64,000 nt of DNA, taken from assembly GCA_020632555.1 (NCBI GenBank), contig JACKFI010000002.1, forward strand, positions 130,621 to 194,620, in the 5' to 3' direction. Below are positions 1 through 7,329 of the stretch, piece after piece (position 1 is the first letter of the stretch; the number at the start of each line of letters is the position of its first letter). The position numbers and the translations under genes are program-made. Below the pieces are notes generated by a model. The model was given only the letters and a program-made list of their open reading frames with translations. It was not told the DNA's origin and made no database searches. This DNA comes from Candidatus Omnitrophota bacterium. GTDB taxonomy: Bacteria; Omnitrophota; Gorgyraeia; Zapsychrales; JANLHA01.

Positions 1-37
1 CAATACAAACTTGCCTTCGACGCGGCAACAGCAGAAT

Positions 38-529
38 TTATTGAGAAGAACGAAAAGTAGGAACTGTCCCTACTTCATTATATTCTTGCGCATTAAGCAA
101 GAAATACCTTTCTGACAGGATATTTGTTTTTATAAATTGATTCTTCAGGCGATACGTAATGAAATAAAATAACGGTTTAGTCGGGTTGGTGAATTGGTCA
201 CAAATCAAATGAATTGTTAATCCGAGGGCGATGCCGATAAATATATTGTTGAGGTAAAACACATATATCAAAATCCATAAAATAAACAAATACTCATACC
301 CATGAAAGAATAAATACAGTTTCTTATCTTTGTGCGAGGTACAAAAATCCAGCAAATCTTTATACCGGAAAGGAATTCGTCGCTTCGAAATGTAATATTC
401 CAAATAATGATCCAGATCAATGAGAACCCCGCTGACAAAACACCCCAAAGAAGCCGGCCACGAGTGCAGCATCGCCTGTAATCCTAACGCTACTCCTGCC
501 GAAACAACAATATGATAACTCGCCTTCAT
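38..529 (-). CDS. membrane-bound metal-dependent hydrolase, YdjM/DUF457-like
   Basis: 163-aa ORF with an ATG start. It has several hydrophobic segments and His/Asp-rich motifs ('IDLDHYLEYY', 'FFHGYEY') resembling the DUF457 family. The call is motif-level only. Confidence 0.5.
   Translation of the reverse strand: MKASYHIVVSAGVALGLQAMLHSWPASLGCFVSGVLIDLDHYLEYYISKRRIPFRYKDLLDFCTSHKDKKLYLFFHGYEYLFILWILIYVFYLNNIFIGIALGLTIHLICDQFTNPTKPLFYFITYRLKNQFIKTNILSERYFLLNAQEYNEVGTVPTFRSSQ
41..75 (-). terminator. intrinsic-terminator-like hairpin (paralog of the one at 578-605)
   Basis: Minus-sense AAGTAGG-gacagtt-CCTACTT (7-bp stem) followed by TTTCGTTCTTCTC. It lies inside the last ~14 codons of ORF 38..529, which is unusual. 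Confidence 0.35.
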
Positions 530-577
530 CGCAATCCTGTTCTGTGAAAAATATTATTTAATCTTATTTAAAGCATT

Positions 578-605
578 TTTTATAAAAAGTAGAAGCTGTC
601 CCTAC
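578..605 (-). terminator. intrinsic terminator after the SNase-fusion gene
   Basis: Minus-sense GTAGGG-acagc-TTCTAC (4 Watson-Crick plus 2 G.U pairs) followed by TTTTTATAAAAAA. The stem overlaps the TAG stop codon at 602-604. Confidence 0.45.
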
Positions 606-1681
606 ATTCGCACGGCGTGGCCGGTTTGCAGCAGCAAATTGTTTAAGAAAATATCCTCGTCGGGCAGAGCTTTTGTTTTATCCTCATCTTTCCCTAGCCT
701 GCTCTTTAACAAAAGCGTGGGAATAAAAACATCCGCCAGATAACGAGCGTATTTCTCAGGGCGGCTGCTGCGCACAATGATGCGGTCGGCTTGTTTAATA
801 TAGGACAAAACAAAATCTCTTGCCGCAACACCTTCCTTGGTATTCATCTCCGGACAATCAATGCCGCGTAATCGCAAGGTTTCAATGCGTTCAAAATTAA
901 AACCTTGGTCAAAACGCACTTTCAAGGTGTCACCATCGATTACCTTCTCGACAATCGCCTCGTAAGTAAAAAGAATACTGTCGCCGGCACCCACGACTTT
1001 TGTAAAATGATACCCTCCGTCTTTGGGATACGAAGTCACAATATCACCGACCACAAATTGTGCGGCTGTTCTGACCGATAATTTTTCAAGATTACCAAAT
1101 CCTAAATCCAATCGCAAACCGCTGTCTGTTTTATTGGCACGAGCATCCGGACGACGAATAATTTTGTAATGATACAATTCTCCCCGCAAAGGTTTAAGCG
1201 GCTCTCTTGAAATCGGTTGAATAGGCTCAGGGTAAATTTGTGTCGTAGACTTTATTTTTTCCGCTTTGATGCGGGCCATCAGCTGATCGCTGGTCCAGCC
1301 ATTGCGTTGGGCTTGCGTTTCCAAACGCTTGCGCAGTTTATCGTCGGGGATTCTTGCCAAAACGCGAAAATGCCGCCATTCCAATTGTACACCGCGGTGT
1401 ACAATTGGAAACTTAGGATACGCTTTTGCAAAACTAACACATTCGTGCAAAGTCGTTTTATCAACTTTCAGATCCAGCGCCAAACGATTGATCACCTGTC
1501 TGCCGTAATCGGCACGTTTAGCATATTGCAAAATGTGTTTGTCAATGTCCGTTCCTGTCTGCCAATAGGTGCGCACCTTCGCTTGTTCGACGCGTCGCTG
1601 GCCTTGCATTAATGTCGTGCGGACTTGGGTCAAAAGAATCGTGTACGGGGATTTAGCTGTTTGCAAACTTTTGGATATCAT
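602..1681 (-). CDS. DUF1016/YhcG-N-terminal-like domain fused to a staphylococcal-nuclease (SNase/thermonuclease) domain
   Basis: 359 aa with an ATG start. The N-terminal ~140 aa resembles the YhcG N-terminal helical domain ('RTYWQTGTDI', 'LEWRHFRVLARI', 'NGWTSDQLMARI'). The C-terminal part carries SNase hallmarks ('VIDGDTLKV', 'LRLRGIDCPE', 'YARYLADVF'). Confidence 0.65.
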   Translation of the reverse strand: MISKSLQTAKSPYTILLTQVRTTLMQGQRRVEQAKVRTYWQTGTDIDKHILQYAKRADYGRQVINRLALDLKVDKTTLHECVSFAKAYPKFPIVHRGVQLEWRHFRVLARIPDDKLRKRLETQAQRNGWTSDQLMARIKAEKIKSTTQIYPEPIQPISREPLKPLRGELYHYKIIRRPDARANKTDSGLRLDLGFGNLEKLSVRTAAQFVVGDIVTSYPKDGGYHFTKVVGAGDSILFTYEAIVEKVIDGDTLKVRFDQGFNFERIETLRLRGIDCPEMNTKEGVAARDFVLSYIKQADRIIVRSSRPEKYARYLADVFIPTLLLKSRLGKDEDKTKALPDEDIFLNNLLLQTGHAVRM

Positions 1682-1707
1682 AAACAGGTTATCTTCTGAA
1701 ACAAGAA

Positions 1708-3426
1708 TTATCCTTCATCAAAAAAACTCTCTTCACTCGCAACATGCCGCAATCCACGGTTAATAATATCTATATCGAATTGCTCTGGATCAAAATCTCC
1801 GCCAAGCCACTCTCTCTTCTCTGCATATTCAGGATGGTCGGGATCGCGGATAATCTCTAGAAATCTTTCATACCCCCCAGGACCGCCGCAATCATCAGGC
1901 GGGCAACTGCGCTCACCGGCAAGACACAAAGGATATCTGGTGCCCTTCTGCGGGGCTAATACTTTTTCCAAAAAGACAGCATGTTCCCACCCATCACCAA
2001 AATCATATTCAAAAACAAACTGCCGAAGCTCGTCGACAGAGAAATCACCCAAACGAAACTCACCCTCATCCTCAAAATCATCAAGCTCTGAATAATCTTC
2101 ACAAGGAATACTATACTTTTTCTTACCTATACAGAATTGATGCAAATGACAATTATCCCACTCCATCACAAGAATCAGTGTCGCCGCCAAACGCTTTAGA
2201 GTGATGCCGCTTTTAACCTGAAACCTGCGCCAAATTGCAGGTTGGATATTATTTAAGACGACCTTAAACTCTAACACTTTACTCTGCCCCAATAACGACG
2301 GATTCTTTTTACTGACAACTTTTGATTTCTTCACTTTACGTTTGGATTTGCTAGAAGAATCCTTGAAAGGACCGCCTTCTTTTTTAAATGCCTTGTTAAG
2401 CTCGTCACGCGCATAATCAAGCATGGGAAGTTCTTGAACCACTTGGGTTGTAATACCAAAAACGGCCAATGGCGCAAAAACAGATGCCAAATGCGCCTGC
2501 CGAATACAGATCATTTTTGGAAAAACCCGATTCTTTCTGACAGCCTCACATATTTGATTTAGAAAGTCCGCACCATGATCCACAGCATCAGCCAAATTCA
2601 TATGAAGAATAAACCCAGACTCTTGATCTGCCATCATATAACAAAAAGGAAACCGTGGACGTTCGTCTGAGTTTCTAATAGGCATCTCCCCCATAAAACA
2701 GTCCGCCTCCCAAACCATTTCAGTTTTCTGAGCTTTGCTAAATACCTGTTCAAGTAAAACTTCATCAAATTTGGGAATAATTTGAATAACACGTTTTAAT
2801 GGTTGAGGTGAAATAAATGCCTCTTGCCAAATTGTCCCTTGAGTTGTTTGAACAGGCGTGCGGGCTAAAAAAGTATAATAATCGCCCGGGCCCAGAATAT
2901 CCGGATTATCTTTCGCGCGACGGGCAACATCCACAACCTGCTCAAGACAAACACTCATAAACACCGCATCATTTTCTTGAAATAACCACGGAAAAAATCC
3001 AGGCTCAAATCTACGAAACTGCGGCCAACCCTGTAAGGTCGGATATGACACGCCTGCCGCTTTACAAAAAGCTAAATCTTCTGGATTAAGCATGTTTTTA
3101 TTTTCTAGAAATACCGTCAAGGAGTCTTTCTGATATAAAAAATCTATATCTGGCTCTTCAATATCATTTAAAACGGCTTCATGATAAGCAACAAGCCCCC
3201 GATCACCCAACATTGCGTCAAGCCCGCAACAAATACCCTCAGCACCCATCACAATACAATAAGCAATTTGTTCTGACTGCGGATCACGTACAGCAACAAC
3301 CTCCCGATCTCCCATCCAACGCCACGGTTCCAATGCCACAAACGCATCCAGCGCGGCCAAGAGCCGCCGGGCAGTATTCTCAGACGGAAACAAGAACTTC
3401 TTATTGAGCTGATTTTGTCGAGCCAT
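1708..3426 (-). CDS. pRiA4b ORF-3-like (PF07929-type) domain protein with a large uncharacterised N-terminal region
   Basis: 572 aa with an ATG start and an AGAGGTG Shine-Dalgarno. The C-terminal ~180 aa carries 'LEFKVVLNNIQPAIWRRFQV', 'HLHQF', 'YDFGDGWEH' and 'CPPDDCGGPGGYERFLE', the signature of the plasmid pRiA4b ORF-3 / IS1096 TnpR-passenger family. Confidence 0.7.
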   Translation of the reverse strand: MARQNQLNKKFLFPSENTARRLLAALDAFVALEPWRWMGDREVVAVRDPQSEQIAYCIVMGAEGICCGLDAMLGDRGLVAYHEAVLNDIEEPDIDFLYQKDSLTVFLENKNMLNPEDLAFCKAAGVSYPTLQGWPQFRRFEPGFFPWLFQENDAVFMSVCLEQVVDVARRAKDNPDILGPGDYYTFLARTPVQTTQGTIWQEAFISPQPLKRVIQIIPKFDEVLLEQVFSKAQKTEMVWEADCFMGEMPIRNSDERPRFPFCYMMADQESGFILHMNLADAVDHGADFLNQICEAVRKNRVFPKMICIRQAHLASVFAPLAVFGITTQVVQELPMLDYARDELNKAFKKEGGPFKDSSSKSKRKVKKSKVVSKKNPSLLGQSKVLEFKVVLNNIQPAIWRRFQVKSGITLKRLAATLILVMEWDNCHLHQFCIGKKKYSIPCEDYSELDDFEDEGEFRLGDFSVDELRQFVFEYDFGDGWEHAVFLEKVLAPQKGTRYPLCLAGERSCPPDDCGGPGGYERFLEIIRDPDHPEYAEKREWLGGDFDPEQFDIDIINRGLRHVASEESFFDEG

Positions 3427-3549
3427 AATTCATTACACCTCTAATTTATACATTTATATTTTCACCGCTTCAACAACACCTCTAATAAAAACATTATTTT
3501 AATATAATTAGAATAATTCAAAAAATCTTTTTTCCAGAATCCCAACCTG

Positions 3550-3645
3550 TTGACAATTTAACCCGAATTTTGCATTTCTCTTTTTTATGCGCAACATATC
3601 GTCACGTACTATAGTGTAATGCAAAATTTGGGGTTAATTGTCAAT
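3550..3645. repeat. 96-nt imperfect palindrome: 27-nt arms, 42-nt spacer (repeat copy A)
   Basis: Left arm is ttgacaatttaacccgaattttgcatt (3550-3576). Right arm is aatgcaaaatttggggttaattgtcaa (3619-3645). About 24/27 positions are complementary, with a bulge. Left arm plus spacer (3556-3610) matches 27137-27192. Confidence 0.85.
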
Positions 3646-3653
3646 AATTTTCA

Positions 3654-3693
3654 CAAAAAAACCCGGCTGATTCGCAAATACGAACCAGCCGGG
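3654..3693 (-). terminator. rho-independent terminator downstream of the CxxC gene
   Basis: Minus-sense CCCGGCTG-(16-nt loop)-CAGCCGGG followed by TTTTTTT. Confidence 0.75.
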
Positions 3694-3707
3694 ACAATTT
3701 TACTTCT

Positions 3708-3864
3708 TTATCGGCTATCGCCCTTACGCTTGGAAAAACAATCCTTACAATAGACGGGACGGTCTTCGCGCGGCAAAAGGAACGTCGCATTGTTGTTTAC
3801 AATCTGCGCAAACAGCCTTATGCATTTCGCGCGGTCCACGGTCATATCCACCTTGAAAAGCCAT
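3708..3864 (-). pseudogene. CxxC-x17-CxxC zinc-ribbon small protein, reading frame broken by a 2-nt deficit
   Basis: AGGAGA Shine-Dalgarno 7 nt before the ATG at 3864. Frame 0 reads MAFQGGYDRGPREMHKAVCADCKQQCDVPFAARRPSRLL* (stop at 3745). The +1 frame continues PREDRPVYCKDCFSKRKGDSR* (stop at 3708). Joined with one extra residue, this gives exactly CxxC-x17-CxxC. The break sits in the GC-repeat tract at ~3766-3775. Confidence 0.6.
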
Positions 3865-3917
3865 GTGATTCTCCTGTTGTGGTTTTAGCGTTTCTTATGA
3901 AAACGCCCTGAAATATT

Positions 3918-4313
3918 TTATCGTTCTCTGCTTTTAGAAAAAAACGGTTTCTTTTTACCAGCAAACCCTCGACTGCCGCGGCTGTCGCGATCCCTATAAG
4001 ATCTCTCCCCGGAAGGCGCACGATGACCACTTTCATAACTTCTTTCGCGAGGCGGGCCACTGCGTTCTGCGCGGCTATCCGGCCGGTTACCATGACGTGC
4101 GGCGCCATAAGAGGACGGCCCTGAACGAAAAGACGGCTTAGAAAAAAGTCCTCTCCTTATTAAAAGACGGTTTTTCCTTGGATTGATTAACCAAAATATC
4201 AACTTTGCGTTCCAAAAGGTCAATTGTTCCTGCAGCTTTTTTAATAAAAAAATCACATCCGCCGGTGATCCCGATTCAACAACCTCATCATTCTGCTGAT
4301 CTTGCTGACTCAT
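3918..4313 (-). CDS. hypothetical Arg/Ser/Gly-rich low-complexity protein
   Basis: ATG at 4313 with an AAAGGA Shine-Dalgarno; the track's GTG start at 4391 is less likely. The C-terminal half is RS/RD-rich ('RERSYESG', 'GERSYRDRDSRGSRGF'). The segment 4138-4226 reads more protein-like in another frame, so the frame is uncertain. Confidence 0.4.
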   Translation of the reverse strand: MSQQDQQNDEVVESGSPADVIFLLKKLQEQLTFWNAKLIFWLINPRKNRLLIRRGLFSKPSFRSGPSSYGAARHGNRPDSRAERSGPPRERSYESGHRAPSGERSYRDRDSRGSRGFAGKKKPFFSKSRER

Positions 4314-4577
4314 GTCTATGTCCTTTCGTTGATAAATCTTTTTGCCCAATAATATTTTTAGAAAACCAACTGCCTGCCTGACGCAAATCACACAGGGCTT
4401 TGACAGCCTTTAGTAAATTTTAACGATGGAGAAGATCTGGATTGATTGTCGTGATGAGTTCTCGGATATGAAAAATTACAAAATAATATTAAAAACCTGC
4501 TCCTTTAGAAACTTCAAAGAAAAGCATCATACAGGATACCCTTAAAAAAGCAATAAGCATTTTTTGTGGCTGTCCAG

Positions 4578-4624
4578 CCAAATTAAAAATGTCCTAGTTT
4601 AACCAAATTAAAAATGTCCTAATT
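4578..4624. repeat. tandem direct repeat, 2 copies, period 25
   Basis: ccaaattaaaaatgtcctagtt (4578-4599) and ccaaattaaaaatgtcctaatt (4603-4624). The pair abuts the 3' end of the ISNCY-like transposase remnant. Confidence 0.85.
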
Positions 4625-5850
4625 TTAGAAGTTTCGTAAGCTCCCTTTGAGCTTAAACCCGTTGCGCCAATATGACCCCCTAGGCGGCACATATCGCGGC
4701 AATCTTTTGACCTTTTTGACAACGGCAACCTTAACCTCTGGCTGCGGCCGTTGGTCTATCGGTTTAAACGCTAATGGCTGCTTCCCATACTTGATCGCCA
4801 GCCGGCCATTTAAATACTCAAAAACTACCACCTGCCGAGCCCGCGTTTTATCTGTCACCTGATACAACCGGCGTTCATGCAACACGGTTCGGTCATTGCG
4901 TAACACATGCCCTGTCTGTACGGACAATATCTCGTCGAGTTTAACGCTCTTATCAATCGGCCGATGCATATCACCCAACAACCGCGCTACTACCTAAAGC
5001 GCTTATTAAACTTCGGCAAATACGTTTTTAAGAATGCGTTGGCTTCTTCACAACTCTTAATCCCGGCCAACCGCATCTCTTTAACCAACCGGTCTTGCAA
5101 TGTCTTAAAAACACGCTCGATGCGTCCCTTGGCCTGCGGACTATGCGCATGAATAACTTCGATCCCAAGTTGCTTACATGCTCGCTCAAACTGCGTCAGC
5201 TCTTCTTTGTCCTCAAAATCCCAATTCGCATAGCGATATCTTTTTTTAGCATTGCTTTTTATACGTCGCATGCTTATCAAGATACAATTGCACCGGCAAT
5301 CCATACTTCTGGGCGTAAGACTTTAACCCGCCATCGCCGGTTTGGTCCCCTCATACTCAAGAACAACCCATCAAAAATTACTCGTTGCGTCGTCGATAAA
5401 TCCCATCAAGACCAACTTCGGTCCTCGGTCTTCCAGCCAAAGATGATGACTCCCGTCCATCTGCACCATTTGCCCAAACCGTTCCCTTACGGGCTCGCCA
5501 ACTGCGCTCTTTAACTTTTCGACGCTTGCCCTCATGCCATAATCCTTCTGCTATCAGCCACAGCCGCAATGTCTCATCACTAATCTTAATATGATCTAAT
5601 TCCCAAAGTTTTTTCGCTGGCTAAAAAGTGGACCAAATCCCTTGTATCGCTCACGGTACAAACCCAAAATCCTTTCACGTACCGCTTTGGCAACACTACG
5701 CCGTCCTTTGCATCCTCGCGATCGGTGGATGACTCCGCGTTCTCCTTCCTTGCGTACCCGTCGGACAATCCGCCTGATCTGTCGATCACTTAATTCTATG
5801 GGAATGATACCATTGATCCTTACCCCTGATCCCAGCGGAGGCGATGAAAA
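4625..5850 (-). mobile_element. decayed ISNCY-family IS: DDE transposase pseudogene split by several frameshifts and stops, N-terminus truncated
   Basis: Fragments in three frames. The HTH region reads 'LSDRQIRRIVRRVRKEGERGVIH...YKGFGPLFSQRKL' (5590-5800). Next comes 'ISDETLRLWLIAEGLW...KRRKVK' followed by 'MVQMDGSHHLWLEDRGPKLVLMGFIDDATS'. The rve core is 'LTQFERACKQLGIEVIHAHSPQAKGRIERVFKTLQDRLVKEMRLAGI' (4990-5304). The C-terminus is 'GDMHRPID...RTVLHERRLYQV' (4625-4981). Confidence 0.7.
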
Positions 5851-6179
5851 TTTTATGTATTACGGATGAAGCATTTAAAAATATTAAAGAGGCTTACCAG
5901 GCCTTTTGCCAGGGCCTTAGAGGTCGATTACCCAAAAGATCGTTGAACCCTAGCCCCATTAGGGGGGAGAGTTTATTAGTACAAAAACAACCCGTCCTTA
6001 AGAAAAAACATTTTTCGGATTATGAACCCAGCAAAGCGATTTACCTCAACGAATGTGATTATCGCCGCTGGTGCCGCGTTAAGCGAATGGTTTAACCAAT
6101 ATGGATCTGATTCTGAATATTAAAAATCTATGAATTAAATAAAAATGGACACATAATAGCTCCTAAAATCCTTGGCGGG

Positions 6180-7300
6180 ATGAAAGGAGTGAAAAAACTT
6201 ATGTGTCCGTACAAATATTATCATGTTATGAGACAAAGCAAAGATAAAAAAATCTTACGTTACCAGATGGTTCTAAAGGCTCTAGCGCTGGGCGTCAAGC
6301 CCACAGCCAGACTTTTTAATACCAGCGCGCCTGTGGTCCGTAAATGGTCCAAGCGTTTTAAGACTGACGGTTATCTTGGATTAAACGACCGCTCCCACAA
6401 ACCCCACTATTCTCCCGGTGCCACACCCGAGCCTATAAAAAGTTTATCATCGATCTAAAGGGCAAATATAAGCGTTTGGGCGCAGAACACATTCGAAACT
6501 TAGAAGGTTTAACTTATGCCCCTAAAACCATGCGCAAAATCTGGAAAGAGGCGGGTATCCCGTCGAGAAAGAGACCCAAGAAACATGTCACAAAGAACAA
6601 CCTGCGCGCCGTAAAAATGCTCTTTAAATTATTCGAGCAATCCATGGAGGACACCAAAGACCTCATGGATATCCCCGAATACTATCTCCAAGCTAAAATG
6701 CTTAATCTGCCAAAAGTGCAATATACTTTTTCGGGAAGTCTCCTGCGGAATTCTTTTTACCGGCTTTGCCAATAATCTTTCGCTAACACATTCACAATTA
6801 TTTGCCGTCTATATCAACCACTTCCTCAAGAAATTTAGCGCTCTGCCGAAATCGGCTATGCGACAAACTGATAATGGCAGCGAATTCATCGGCGCTTGGA
6901 ATGCTAAAAAATCTTCTGCCTACACCAAGACCATCGAATCTGTGCCCGGCCAATGGCACAACACAATTTTCCCGGTGCACATCGCATGCAATCTGACGTC
7001 GAGACGATTCACAATCTCATGGAGATGGAATTCTTTGAGATTGAACAATTCAAGAATCAATAGGGCGGACTTCTTTAACAAAGCCACGTCCTATCAATTA
7101 TTCTTCAACCTGCATCGCACAAACTCTTACAAAGAACACAAAACACCTTGGCAATTAGCCCAAGAAAAGAAACCAGATTTGGACAAACGCTTACTGATGG
7201 TTCCTCCAGTCGATCTCGACAAACTACTCAACTGGAAATTATCACTTACTCATTCGAAGGGGGGTAACGATCACTTGACCGTTCCCTCATTTTTTGTGGC
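6180..7300 (+). mobile_element. decayed IS481-like IS: integrase-core transposase pseudogene, at least 3 frame breaks
   Basis: N-terminal HTH is 'ARLFNTSAPVVRKWSKRFKTDGYLGLNDRSHKPHYSPGATP' (6180-6458). The middle fragment spans 6476-6775. The DDE core is 'RQTDNGSEFIGAW' with the tail 'SYKEHKTPWQLAQE...PPVDLD' (6858-~7290). Frames differ between the pieces. This is the only plus-strand coding remnant in the window. Confidence 0.65.
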
Positions 7301-7329
7301 GGTTTTTTGCCCCAATCGCAACAGCACGC

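Noticed and set aside
3424-3490. Duplicated acacctctaat (3435-3445 and 3476-3486) and a 6-codon uORF (MYKLEV*) ending in the Shine-Dalgarno of the pRiA4b-like gene.
   Set aside because: The upstream Shine-Dalgarno-like copy is 23 nt from the uORF ATG, which is too far. The region is AT-rich, so this is a likely coincidence.
3550-3645. Palindrome A as a genuine integron attC site.
   Set aside because: The core-like AATTAAC/GTTAAAT and a bulged base are suggestive. However, there is no intI and no cassette array, one core deviates from RYYYAAC, and copy B lacks the second arm. It is kept only as a lead inside the repeat finding.
3842-4108. 88-aa minus-strand ORF overlapping both the RS-rich ORF and the CxxC gene start.
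   Set aside because: It is out of frame with both better-supported genes. It has no RBS and no motif.
5844-6095. 83-aa plus-strand ORF in the spacer between the two IS remnants.
   Set aside because: It has no RBS and no motif, and it lies in decayed IS-flanking DNA. I cannot support it as a gene.
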